Positions 54,947 to 64,000 of a DNA stretch of 64,000 bases are shown here, piece by piece. Position numbers and translations under genes: made by a program. The notes beneath the pieces were generated by a model, which saw only the letters and a program-made list of their open reading frames with translations, was not told the DNA's origin and did no database searches. This stretch comes from a virus. Numbering within the stretch: position 1 is the first letter of the stretch; each line of letters opens with the position of its first letter. Location of the stretch: the IMG/VR virus record IMGVR_UViG_3300044695_004134, positions 64,001 to 128,000 of that record. The stretch is one strand, 5' to 3'.

Positions 54947-55554
54947 GTTTTCCTCACGAAATATAAATTATCTTCATTCACTTGTGACGTAATTTTATCA
55001 ATCACAAATCCATTCTGTTCCAAAAAGTCAAGTGCTTCCTGTTTGGTGTGTTGTCCTTTATATAGACTAACTTCCTCTGACTGTGGAACTTCAACAACAC
55101 CAGATTGTACCATCGATATTTTTTCACCAAGGCCTTTGAGTACAGCTAAGTCTGAACCTTGTGCATCAATATGTAAGTGGTCGATACAAGTAATTTCGGA
55201 TGCAAAAATTGTTAACCAAGTATCAAGCCTATAAACATTAATTTTCTTTGAGCCACGTACAACAAAGTCTGTGCGACCCGGCCATGTTTCGGATAAATTG
55301 TCTGAAAAATCATTAAGTGATGCTGAACCAGTGTCACCTTCAACCATATGGAAATCTGCTTCACCATCAAAATCGGAGATAGCTTGTTCGTAAACATGAT
55401 AACGGTCTTTCATGTTTCTCGCTTCTGCCGCAATACGTAGCAGTCTAGCAAGTTCAGGTGTAGGTTCAAACGCATAACAAATAACATTTGGATTATGCTG
55501 TGTCACATTAAGCGAGTCTTGGCCGTGATGGGCACCAACATCAAATAAAATCAT
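54943..55554 (-). CDS. FkbM-family methyltransferase
   Basis: DVGAHHG, AFEP, HIDAQGSD. Confidence 0.85.
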   Translation of the reverse strand: MILFDVGAHHGQDSLNVTQHNPNVICYAFEPTPELARLLRIAAEARNMKDRYHVYEQAISDFDGEADFHMVEGDTGSASLNDFSDNLSETWPGRTDFVVRGSKKINVYRLDTWLTIFASEITCIDHLHIDAQGSDLAVLKGLGEKISMVQSGVVEVPQSEEVSLYKGQHTKQEALDFLEQNGFVIDKITSQVNEDNLYFVRKT

Positions 55555-55556
55555 TT

Positions 55557-56939
55557 TTACTCCTTGTGATTGTCCAAGAAGTAATTCAGGTCTTCAGGTG
55601 TACCGATACCCCACATCTTCTCAATATTTTTAACACGAATCTTTTTACCATCACCGATTGCCTCATTGAACACGGGGCAAGTATAGAATTCACCGTTGGT
55701 TCGAATGTTCTTAGAAATCATTTGTTCAGCATACTTAACATAGTCTGAACCGTGACGCCAGTAGTAGATACCAACTGTTGCTTCATCTGAAATAACTTTC
55801 TTCTCTGCAACTTCGGATACAAAACCATTTTCATCAAGTTTTGCGTAGGACCATTTTGGATGTGTTGCTTTGAATGTTAGAATACCACCATCGATAGAAT
55901 CCGCTGAGAATGCATACATACATTCATTTGAGTTCCATTCAACGAATTGGTCTGAGTTTGCCATAACCAAAGGTGCATCATTGTCGATGTGTTCTTTAGC
56001 AAGCAAAGTCGTACAGGCGGCACCTTCCGTGATACCATCAACTTGCACAATCTTGCAACCAGGTGCAATTAGATTCAACAGGTACTTCAAATTATATGTT
56101 TCATAATGATCCTTTTGGACCAAGAAAATATAGTTTGCTTCGATGTTCAAGTTTTCAACCACAACTTGAATCATCGGCTTACCACGGACTTCAATGAGTG
56201 GTTTTGGGAAAGTGTAACCAGCTTGTGCGAAACGTGAACCAGCGCCAGCCATCGGAATCAAAACGTTCAATTTCTTGTCTCTCCATGGTAGAGACTTTTT
56301 GCTTGTACCTTCAATTGTATTCATAAGGTCATAAATCCTTTGCATCATATGTTCAGAGTTAACTTCTTTTGCATTTTCGACCGCAAGCAAATGTGCTCCA
56401 GAATCTAATGCACCTTGGCGTCCAATATGACTATCTTCCACAATAATTGTACTTTTAGGAAGTGCATTTAGCGCAGTCATACATTTCCAGTACATTTCTG
56501 GATATGGCTTCGTGCGTGATACATCCTCATTACTGACAAAATAATCAACTTCATCCATCACACCAATACTTAGTAGAGATAATTTTACAGTTTCACGAAT
56601 AGAGTTTGATGCAACTGCAATTTTATAACCACGTGCTTTAATCTGACGGAAGATAGTCTGTAGCAAATATTCTTTACAGAAGCCACGAACAAGATTAAAT
56701 GTTGCATCTTGTTTATCTTTCCAAACTTGGTCATATACGGATACAGGTAGACCTTTTTGCTCGGTCAGCATCTTCAGTTTTTTGGTCGTATTCAGACCAT
56801 CATATTTACTGAGATGTTCCTCACGTGTGATTACGAATTCTTCACCGACTTTGCGTAGTGCATCATTCAACGCATCATAATGCAACTCACGTGAATCGAT
56901 TAAGACACCATCAAGATCAAAAATAACCAATTTACTCAT
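55557..56939 (-). CDS. HAD phosphatase fused to a sugar-nucleotidyltransferase-like domain
   Basis: FDLDGVLID, KPYP, VEDS; IPMAGAGSRF, PKPLI, GTPEDL. Confidence 0.85.
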   Translation of the reverse strand: MSKLVIFDLDGVLIDSRELHYDALNDALRKVGEEFVITREEHLSKYDGLNTTKKLKMLTEQKGLPVSVYDQVWKDKQDATFNLVRGFCKEYLLQTIFRQIKARGYKIAVASNSIRETVKLSLLSIGVMDEVDYFVSNEDVSRTKPYPEMYWKCMTALNALPKSTIIVEDSHIGRQGALDSGAHLLAVENAKEVNSEHMMQRIYDLMNTIEGTSKKSLPWRDKKLNVLIPMAGAGSRFAQAGYTFPKPLIEVRGKPMIQVVVENLNIEANYIFLVQKDHYETYNLKYLLNLIAPGCKIVQVDGITEGAACTTLLAKEHIDNDAPLVMANSDQFVEWNSNECMYAFSADSIDGGILTFKATHPKWSYAKLDENGFVSEVAEKKVISDEATVGIYYWRHGSDYVKYAEQMISKNIRTNGEFYTCPVFNEAIGDGKKIRVKNIEKMWGIGTPEDLNYFLDNHKE

Positions 56940-57762
56940 GTTTGTTAAACTTTCTTAGAATTGAACGAACGTCTTCAATAGGTGCATCAAGTGGCATCTT
57001 ATGAAGTTCATACATATCAGGATTTTTAAAATAAGACATTAGCAATAAACCTTGGTCATCATCAACAAGACCAATGCTCATCAAATATTCAAGTGCTTCT
57101 TTCATTTCAACAGACAAAACTTGCCATTGTTCTTTTTGTGCAACGAATACACCACCAATAATGAACACTACATTATTTTGTACAGCCTGAGAAACTTGTT
57201 GTTTTGCTTGCCTGAATTCTGGATCACGATAATTAAAATAGTGCATCAAACCTGGAGTGAAATCATATTCCCAAGTTTTATTTAAAGGAATATGTTCGTC
57301 ATCACGGCAATAACCAAAGTCAACCCAAGCGGCAAATTCATTCGTGATTAGACCACGTTCAAATGCGTCTGAAACATAGAATGCTTTGAGTGATGTAACA
57401 CCAACATAGTCTTTAGACCAGTATTCTGGATTACGAACTTGATATGGATTAATTTTTTTGACGAACTCAGGTGAGGTTTGAATTGCTTCAATCTTATCAC
57501 GGAGTTCTTTATGAATGTTGAAGTAATCGTATTCAACTACTTTAACATTAGGAGAAATTGCGGCTAAACGTGGCGCAATATCAGGTGAAGTGTAAACAAT
57601 AATTTCTGTATCAATCTCACACATGCGTGTGAAGTGGTCGATGTATTTGTCAACAGAACGCTGTAAATAATGTGGAAGTGGCCCACCATTTTTCTCTGTG
57701 TTTGTTGACCAGTCGCCACGACCGATATCATAGAAGGCAGTTACGATGCTAATTTTGCTCAT
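56932..57762 (-). CDS. HtrL/YibB (WlaTC)-family protein
   Basis: IVTAFYDIGRGDW, PEYW, WVDFGY, VDDDQ. Confidence 0.8.
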   Translation of the reverse strand: MSKISIVTAFYDIGRGDWSTNTEKNGGPLPHYLQRSVDKYIDHFTRMCEIDTEIIVYTSPDIAPRLAAISPNVKVVEYDYFNIHKELRDKIEAIQTSPEFVKKINPYQVRNPEYWSKDYVGVTSLKAFYVSDAFERGLITNEFAAWVDFGYCRDDEHIPLNKTWEYDFTPGLMHYFNYRDPEFRQAKQQVSQAVQNNVVFIIGGVFVAQKEQWQVLSVEMKEALEYLMSIGLVDDDQGLLLMSYFKNPDMYELHKMPLDAPIEDVRSILRKFNKHE

Positions 57763-57785
57763 TTCAAAGTCCCATATTTATTAAA

Positions 57786-58682
57786 TTATGATTTATACAA
57801 AAAGTATTTAGGCGAACTGCCGGTATTTGTTTCCGCCGTGAGATTTGTTCCATATTTTTTAGAGAAATATTCCATCCATTCTGGAACACGGTCGTATTGA
57901 TGCACAATAACAAAAGGAATTCCGTCAGAGTTTATAATACGTCCATCTTCTGTAATTGTAGGTGCTTCTTCCAATAAATAAGGTTTCAGTTTTTCCACAA
58001 GGTCGGGTTTGTTTGACACATGTGCATTCACAGCCCATGCATCCTTTAATCTCGTCACATGTGTTTTAGTACTCCAGATTTTTGTACCTAACAACATATT
58101 GTAAGCGGCTTGGTCGCAAACCCAATCAGCACGATTGAGTGAGAATTGATATAGATAGAAACATAATTCTCTAATCAATTCAGAACGTCCTGCTAGAACA
58201 CCAACGTTACATATTTCATTTTCTTTCACTTCGTTATAGAAATAATCACCAAAGTTTTTGCGAATGTTTTCTCTGTTCCAGTCCTCATCTTTTACTTTGA
58301 TAGACTCTGACGATGCAACAAGTCCTGTTGCATACATTGGATCAATATAACCTTCGAGATATTCAAAAGGATTTGATTGGAATATAACATCACGAACATC
58401 AGTTGAAACGACATAACGATACACCCCTTCATTCTCTTTCAAGAAATTATAGATGTGTATGAATCGTTGCATATGGATCATCATCTTGTCATTGTGTGGA
58501 ACTGGTATGACAATAACACCTTCTTCAATCAACTTCTTTACCAATTCAGGTGTAGTTCCAATTGCAAATAGAATTGTGTCACCTGTGAAGCCGGTGTCTT
58601 TGATAGATTGTACCCAAGGTTTGAGTACGTCATAATCTGTGTAGTTATTAAATGCGCCTATTATTAGGTCTTTTTGCGCCAT
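57786..58682 (-). CDS. GT-A-fold glycosyltransferase-like protein
   Basis: TDVRDVIFQ, DQAAYN, HQYDR. Confidence 0.65.
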   Translation of the reverse strand: MAQKDLIIGAFNNYTDYDVLKPWVQSIKDTGFTGDTILFAIGTTPELVKKLIEEGVIVIPVPHNDKMMIHMQRFIHIYNFLKENEGVYRYVVSTDVRDVIFQSNPFEYLEGYIDPMYATGLVASSESIKVKDEDWNRENIRKNFGDYFYNEVKENEICNVGVLAGRSELIRELCFYLYQFSLNRADWVCDQAAYNMLLGTKIWSTKTHVTRLKDAWAVNAHVSNKPDLVEKLKPYLLEEAPTITEDGRIINSDGIPFVIVHQYDRVPEWMEYFSKKYGTNLTAETNTGSSPKYFLYKS

Positions 58683-59398
58683 GGGTATTCTCCATTCATT
58701 CTCTGTTTCATCACTTCATTTCCTTTAATAAAGAAAACATCTTGTACCGAATCTGCTCGGCTTGCTACCCTGTAGTTTACAGTATACTCACCATTCGTGT
58801 CAAATTTTTTACACATCTGCATCATAAATGGTGATAGAATTCTATCAACTTCTGGTTGCTCCTGTGGGTGCCTTGCACGGCGATACCAGTAAGGAGAGAA
58901 TTGAATTGCCGCCGCTTTGGGAATCATAAAGCAATTCACATCAATAAATTTATCATTGATAACCGAGGTCCATTTACCAAGAGATTCACAATCATCATTA
59001 CATATGTATGTACCCTCTTGTGATACAATTTTTCTGAGGGAATAAGCCCATTCATTGCCATGTTGAATAACATCAACAAGAGATTCGATATGATGATCTT
59101 CATACCAATTATCTTGGTCAAGGAAACAGATATACTCACCCTCTGCAATATAAGACATTCCACCATAAATTCTATGGCCATTGTATTGATCGTAACCTGT
59201 ATTATATGGGAGTGAGAATGCTGTGGAACGTGTTGCACCTTCCATGAGTTGTGTGGCTCTTGCACCATACTTGTCGAACCCGTCAACAACAACAAGGTGT
59301 TGTATGTTTTGGTATGTTTGTCTGTCGATTGATTTCAATACATCACTTAATTGGTCACTAGCCGTAGTTGGCGTAATGACCGTCACCAATGGTTTCAT
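58664..59398 (-). CDS. GT2-family glycosyltransferase
   Basis: VTVITPT, QTY, VVVDG, FLDQD. Confidence 0.85.
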   Translation of the reverse strand: MKPLVTVITPTTASDQLSDVLKSIDRQTYQNIQHLVVVDGFDKYGARATQLMEGATRSTAFSLPYNTGYDQYNGHRIYGGMSYIAEGEYICFLDQDNWYEDHHIESLVDVIQHGNEWAYSLRKIVSQEGTYICNDDCESLGKWTSVINDKFIDVNCFMIPKAAAIQFSPYWYRRARHPQEQPEVDRILSPFMMQMCKKFDTNGEYTVNYRVASRADSVQDVFFIKGNEVMKQRMNGEYPWRKKT

Positions 59399-59401
59399 AA
59401 T

Positions 59402-59683
59402 TTAGCTCCGTGTCACCTTAAGAATTTTCTGTATCTGTGCTTCAATAACTGGTCCACGATTTGGCCACTTAATGATTGGTTGATCCGCAGTTTTGAGTAG
59501 TTTCATCAAAAAAGGAATGATAAGTTTTTCAGCCTCGGCCAGTCTTGCTTTGTACTGTTCTACTGTATCTTGTTTTTGTGAAATGAGAGAGTTATATTCT
59601 TCTTCATCGGTAGCGGTGAATCCGAAATCAAAATCATCATCATATTCATTGAGAATTTTTTGGGTATCTTTGTCTAGTGGCAT
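59402..59683 (-). CDS. Conserved phage hypothetical protein
   Basis: DFGF and IKWPNR motifs. Confidence 0.75.
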   Translation of the reverse strand: MPLDKDTQKILNEYDDDFDFGFTATDEEEYNSLISQKQDTVEQYKARLAEAEKLIIPFLMKLLKTADQPIIKWPNRGPVIEAQIQKILKVTRS

Positions 59684-59684
59684 A

Positions 59685-60434
59685 TTAAATAAAACAGGAG
59701 AGATTTAGTTGGTCTTTTCTAATTGTAACAGATTTTCCGTCAACTGGCGCTATATTAAATGGTGATTTTTTATTTGCGGGTATTGAGAACTGCATTTCAA
59801 ATGTAAACTGGTAATTACCCCCACCTTTGTATTGTACACGGGCTCGATATGTTGCCTTAGCTGATTTACCAAACATTGGAACATCTTTTAACTTTAATGG
59901 ATTTTTAGAACCCATCAAATAGAAACCATGTGTACCAACATTCACATAAAACGTATCTTTTTTATTGTAGTATTCTTCAATCTTGCTTGCCGCAATTTCA
60001 CCACGAATATCTGAAAATGTATCACGGTCTCTTTCATATCTCTGCTGGTTTGTTAATTTACCAGCAGTGGCTTCCCATAACAAATCTTTATCTCTTTTAA
60101 ATGGAATTTCTTTCCATTGTTTTTTTATAATATCGAACAGTCCGACTTCTTCTGCTAAATCGGCGATGAATTGTTTTTCATCATCATCTTTTTTAATGTC
60201 ACCAAATTTCCATGGATTCTTTTTGTCTTTACTGTCATATTTCATCACAAGAGAACCGGCTGATGCGGCGGTGATTTTTAATTCACAACCAGCCTTCTTC
60301 TTTTTATATTCAAGCATCAGGTCTGGCTGGTCACTGCCAGCGCCAGCAGGAATAAAATTCTTAGGTACAAACCCCAAAGGTTTTAATATATCTGCGGCAT
60401 TCACTTCGTATTGAAAACCTTGTTGTGCGGCCAT
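59685..60434 (-). CDS. PD-(D/E)xK restriction-endonuclease-like protein
   Basis: GFQYE, QPDLML...CELK; GGAG RBS before the ATG at 60434. Confidence 0.6.
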   Translation of the reverse strand: MAAQQGFQYEVNAADILKPLGFVPKNFIPAGAGSDQPDLMLEYKKKKAGCELKITAASAGSLVMKYDSKDKKNPWKFGDIKKDDDEKQFIADLAEEVGLFDIIKKQWKEIPFKRDKDLLWEATAGKLTNQQRYERDRDTFSDIRGEIAASKIEEYYNKKDTFYVNVGTHGFYLMGSKNPLKLKDVPMFGKSAKATYRARVQYKGGGNYQFTFEMQFSIPANKKSPFNIAPVDGKSVTIRKDQLNLSCFI

Positions 60435-60456
60435 GTATAAACACTCCAAATGAAAG

Positions 60457-60464
60457 TATTTATA
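60457..60464 (-). promoter_or_regulatory. T4 late promoter TATAAATA
   Basis: Exact gp55 consensus, 22 nt upstream of the 60434 start. Confidence 0.75.
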
Positions 60465-61860
60465 CTTTGAACCCTCCAAAATCTTTCTTCTTGAAGTTAC
60501 CATTTTGTTGTTGTGGAGGTCTTTGTGTTGGATTGTGTCCGGCATCAGCTAGACCAGATTGTGCATCTTGTTCCACATCATACAGCTTCATCTTAGACCT
60601 GTCAACACCGAGTACGAATCTTTTGAATTTTGATGGATCGGAATATCTATTCTTCAACTGTTTCACCATAATCTGACCGAGTGCTTCAAGTTCTTCGGAA
60701 GAAATGAGAGCAAACATCAAGTCAGCGGTTGCTGGCAAACCGAAACTTTCACTTGTATCTTCGAGTCCGGGGTCGGATGAAGTAAAACCGGACCGTGTTG
60801 TTTGTGTAGCAGATACAACTGGGACTCCGAATTCAACGGCAAGTCCTCGCAATTCCTCTGCAATGGATTTAACATAAGTGTATGAGTTGATGTTTGCACC
60901 TGCCTTAATCCTCGATGAACAACAAATATTAAGATAATCAATGAAGATAATATCAGGTACAAAAGATTTTTTAAGGTTAAGTTCATTTAACAAGGTTCTA
61001 AAATGTACAGCAGATGCAGATGCTGTTGGATATTCTTTAATAATTAATTTACCTGTAGTCATCTCTTTGACACGCTTGACCTTTTTATCATACAGGTCTT
61101 TGGGAAGTTGAATCAAATCATCAATAGAAACGTTCAGTAAGTTTGCATCAATACGTTCTGCAATCTTTTCTTCTGCCATTTCCATTGTGATATACAATAC
61201 GTTCTTACCTTGTGACATAGCACCAGCGGCGACATGACACATAAAAAGGGACTTACCAACACCAGTGCCAGCCAAGGCGATATTAAGGGTTTTCTTAGGT
61301 AGACCACCCTTCGTGATTTTGTTGAAGTAGTCAAGGTCGAACGGAATTCGTTCTTCTGTTCGGTGATAGAATTCATATCGCCCATCAGAGTCCTCCAAGT
61401 AATCGTGACCAACAGAGTTATCAAAACTTACTGCAAGTGCATCGGATAGAATTTTAGGAATCGCACCCTTGTCATTGGTCTTATCTTTACCATCAAGGAT
61501 GGAAATAGAATTTAAGACTGCATTATAAATGGCTTTTTCCTGGCAGAACTTTTCAGTTTTGTCGATGAGCCAATTGTTATCAGTTTTTTGTTCCGTCTTT
61601 GAAGATTGTTCAATTTCTTGTAGATAAGTTTCGCACTTCTCCACTTCTTCATTTGTGAGATTACGCCTCTCTTTGATGGCCAATGTAATCGCTTCAACTG
61701 ATGGTGTACTATTGTAAGCATTTGTAAATGATAAGATTTCATCATAAATTACCTTTTCGGACCTGTCTGTGAAGTATTCATCTTTGAGGAACGGTAAAGA
61801 CTTCCTCAAATAATCTTCATTCGTTATCAGGTTCCTCAGAATAGTCTGTTCCAACTTCAT
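60460..61860 (-). CDS. Replicative helicase (T4 gp41-like)
   Basis: LAGTGVGKS, IKEYPT, IDYLNIC, SATQTTR, KQLKNRY. Confidence 0.95.
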   Translation of the reverse strand: MKLEQTILRNLITNEDYLRKSLPFLKDEYFTDRSEKVIYDEILSFTNAYNSTPSVEAITLAIKERRNLTNEEVEKCETYLQEIEQSSKTEQKTDNNWLIDKTEKFCQEKAIYNAVLNSISILDGKDKTNDKGAIPKILSDALAVSFDNSVGHDYLEDSDGRYEFYHRTEERIPFDLDYFNKITKGGLPKKTLNIALAGTGVGKSLFMCHVAAGAMSQGKNVLYITMEMAEEKIAERIDANLLNVSIDDLIQLPKDLYDKKVKRVKEMTTGKLIIKEYPTASASAVHFRTLLNELNLKKSFVPDIIFIDYLNICCSSRIKAGANINSYTYVKSIAEELRGLAVEFGVPVVSATQTTRSGFTSSDPGLEDTSESFGLPATADLMFALISSEELEALGQIMVKQLKNRYSDPSKFKRFVLGVDRSKMKLYDVEQDAQSGLADAGHNPTQRPPQQQNGNFKKKDFGGFKV

Positions 61861-62149
61861 CAATAATTCCTTTATCAATATTATTTGACATGATACTAAC
61901 CAAAACATCACCAATGTGATTCTTGAAATTCATGTCAGTTTCAAGTTCTTCTTTTAGTAAAGGAGACTCTAACACATTATACACGAATTGGAGATAGATG
62001 GCACCATCTTTCTCCTCCTCAAACTTCACTTTACCATATTGATAAACGGTATCTATATATTTTCCTGACAGTAGTTTGATACCAACTGTAGTTTCTTCCG
62101 ATTCTGGAATTACGTAGTTAAAATCAACACCTTCTTTATACTGGTTCAT
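61817..62149 (-). CDS. gp40-like protein
   Basis: Lies between uvsX and gp41, as gene 40 does in T4; YQYGKV motif. Confidence 0.55.
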   Translation of the reverse strand: MNQYKEGVDFNYVIPESEETTVGIKLLSGKYIDTVYQYGKVKFEEEKDGAIYLQFVYNVLESPLLKEELETDMNFKNHIGDVLVSIMSNNIDKGIIDEVGTDYSEEPDNE

Positions 62150-63191
62150 CTTCTACCTCAATTTCTTTTTGAATGATTTCCCCTGCCGCAACACGGTATT
62201 TGTTCTCAATGAACTGTTGGAATGATTGTGTTTTTAGTATTGGTAACCAAAAGTCTTTAGTATCTGTATCTTTGATACGATACTTCTTTTCTTCTACTTC
62301 GCCGGTGGATACATCCACTTTGCTATACCACCCATTTGAGGGTTTGATGACATGTCCGGATTCCAGCGCAATATCAAGTAAGCCTGACCAACGGCTAATG
62401 CCACCGTCAAAAGATACAGAAACAGGGATTTTAGATTTTTCTTTAACATATCTACTCTTTTCTACGTTAATAATAAAATTATAACCAACAACTTCGGTTC
62501 CTTCTTTTTCTTGCTGACGACCAATAATAAAGATGTTATCGGCAGAATAGTAGGAACCAGTACCACCACCAACGATATCTTTAGGATACAAACCAATTTC
62601 TTTGTATGTGTGATTCACAACAACCATTGGAATGTCTTTGAGTGACAAGTGTGGAGTGACCATACGGAACAAAGACTTAACCTGTTTTGCACGGCTCATA
62701 TCTGCAACAGATTTGCCTTCAAGCGCATCGTCAACTTCTTTCTTGGAAGCTAAGTTACCAATTGAATCAATGATAATAATAAGTTTGTCTGTTCGTTCCA
62801 GATTCGTAAGTTGTTGCATAATATCAAACTTCAATTGTTCAATATCTGTAAGAGGTGTGTGAAGCACCCTGTTAGTATCGATACCGAAACTATCAAAATA
62901 ACTTTGCGGAGTACCGAACTCAGAATCATAAAAAAGAAGTGCGGAGTCTGGATATTTGTCAAGATAAGATTTCGCCATTAAAAGTGAGAATGCGGTCTTA
63001 AAGTGTTTGGAAGGACCTGCCCACATTGTAAGACCTGGTGTAAGACCACCATCTAGTTTACCAGACAACGCAACGTTGACGATGGGAACGGATGTGGGAA
63101 TCATATCTTTATCTAAAAAGAATTTTGATTTTGCCAGAATGGCGGAGTCTTTAATAGAACTGTTCTTTTTAATTTTGTCCAAAATGCTCAT
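62136..63191 (-). CDS. uvsX: RecA-like recombinase
   Basis: AGPSKHFKT, YDSEFG, DSIGNLASKKE, GGGTG. Confidence 0.95.
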   Translation of the reverse strand: MSILDKIKKNSSIKDSAILAKSKFFLDKDMIPTSVPIVNVALSGKLDGGLTPGLTMWAGPSKHFKTAFSLLMAKSYLDKYPDSALLFYDSEFGTPQSYFDSFGIDTNRVLHTPLTDIEQLKFDIMQQLTNLERTDKLIIIIDSIGNLASKKEVDDALEGKSVADMSRAKQVKSLFRMVTPHLSLKDIPMVVVNHTYKEIGLYPKDIVGGGTGSYYSADNIFIIGRQQEKEGTEVVGYNFIINVEKSRYVKEKSKIPVSVSFDGGISRWSGLLDIALESGHVIKPSNGWYSKVDVSTGEVEEKKYRIKDTDTKDFWLPILKTQSFQQFIENKYRVAAGEIIQKEIEVEDEPV

Positions 63192-63201
63192 AATTTTTCC
63201 T

Positions 63202-63999
63202 TTAATCGAATAGTGAGTTTGTTCGTTCCGTTGTCCAGTCCATACAATCAAGAATGACTTTAATTGGCTCTAGAAATGTTTTGTCAAATTGCATATTGTA
63301 ATCGATGCAATCTTGAAGACCAAATTCAGGAGGTAATCTTCCTGGAAATGATACTACATTTTCTTTGAATGTGTTTGGTGTTTTTAGGTAAGTGAATTTA
63401 ATTTTCTCACCTTCTTGAATCAACGGATACTTCTTAGATAGACCTTTTTCTTCAAGGTACTTATTATATAGCAATGCACCTCTCACATGAATTGGTGTAC
63501 CTTTTGAATATATGGTAGTCTTGTTTCCATACTCTTTCAAACCATTGATACCACGTGGAAAAGAAATATCTTCCACATTCAACTTTTTGAATTCAGTTCG
63601 GAAAGTATCGATGAATTTGTGCATGTCAGATTCGGTACCCTTCATCATAATCTGAAGTGCTTGTTTCATCTTCTCACGCACAGGTGCGGGTGTGGAAGAC
63701 TTAATCATTTCAAGACCCATGACCTTCATGTCTGGTTCGGTATACTGAACACCTTCATTGTTATACACGTGCATGATATAACGTTTCTTTGCAGTCCAGA
63801 TACCTTTGTCAGCCAATGCTTCACGTTTCATTTGCATCTTTTGGTCATAAGCATGAACATATTCTGCCAATTCACCATATGATTTATCAATGAAAGGTTG
63901 TATCTTTTCTTCACAGATTTTATCCATAAAAGAAATGACTTTATTCTTATCAGAAGTGTCTTTAATAAACTTGTCAACCAATTCACCGAGACGGAGATA
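63202..63999 (-). CDS. Family B DNA polymerase (T4 gp43-like), C-terminal part
   Basis: MKRE, WTAKKRY, KSSTP, PIHVRGAL; runs off the window. Confidence 0.95.
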   Translation of the reverse strand, partial: YLRLGELVDKFIKDTSDKNKVISFMDKICEEKIQPFIDKSYGELAEYVHAYDQKMQMKREALADKGIWTAKKRYIMHVYNNEGVQYTEPDMKVMGLEMIKSSTPAPVREKMKQALQIMMKGTESDMHKFIDTFRTEFKKLNVEDISFPRGINGLKEYGNKTTIYSKGTPIHVRGALLYNKYLEEKGLSKKYPLIQEGEKIKFTYLKTPNTFKENVVSFPGRLPPEFGLQDCIDYNMQFDKTFLEPIKVILDCMDWTTERTNSLFD

Positions 64000-64000
64000 A

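Noticed and set aside
1-64000. tRNA/rRNA genes or stop-codon reassignment
   Set aside because: No cloverleaf or T-loop signatures noticed by eye, and core genes are intact in the standard code. A tRNAscan/Infernal run would be needed to exclude small RNAs.

Overview
A 64-kb segment of a large T4-like (myovirus-type) dsDNA phage. Almost all genes are on the minus strand. From the right end: gp43 polymerase (partial), uvsX, gp40-like, gp41 helicase; a late-promoter glycan-modification cluster (53-60 kb); a block of predicted capsid-targeted internal proteins and polyproteins (44-53 kb); a lysis module (GH19 endolysin, spanins, membrane proteins); gp61 primase, thyX, nrdA/nrdB, thioredoxin, endonuclease II-like GIY-YIG and RNase H. 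From about 8 to 31 kb is a long accessory region of small ORFs driven by many sigma70-type promoters, with a divergently transcribed island at about 21.3-26 kb. The left end carries phoH, a Cas4-like exonuclease, GT25 glycosyltransferases and the end of a tail fibre. Strongest leads: (1) consecutive late genes with T4-type capsid-targeting N-termini and protease-cleavable polyproteins, carrying a ligase-motif protein, a HIGH nucleotidyltransferase-kinase and a nuclease-like protein; (2) a phasin-like gene with a PhaR-type operator over its -35; (3) phased DnaA boxes, iteron-like repeats and a duplicated G-rich non-coding transcript; (4) two families of palindromic operators phased with early promoters; (5) a paralogous MNERI...HFGVEE cassette family whose 3' end encodes the next gene's RBS. 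I saw no tRNA, rRNA or CRISPR array. Family assignments come from motif recognition by eye, with no database searches. A PHA-producing proteobacterial host is only a weak inference.
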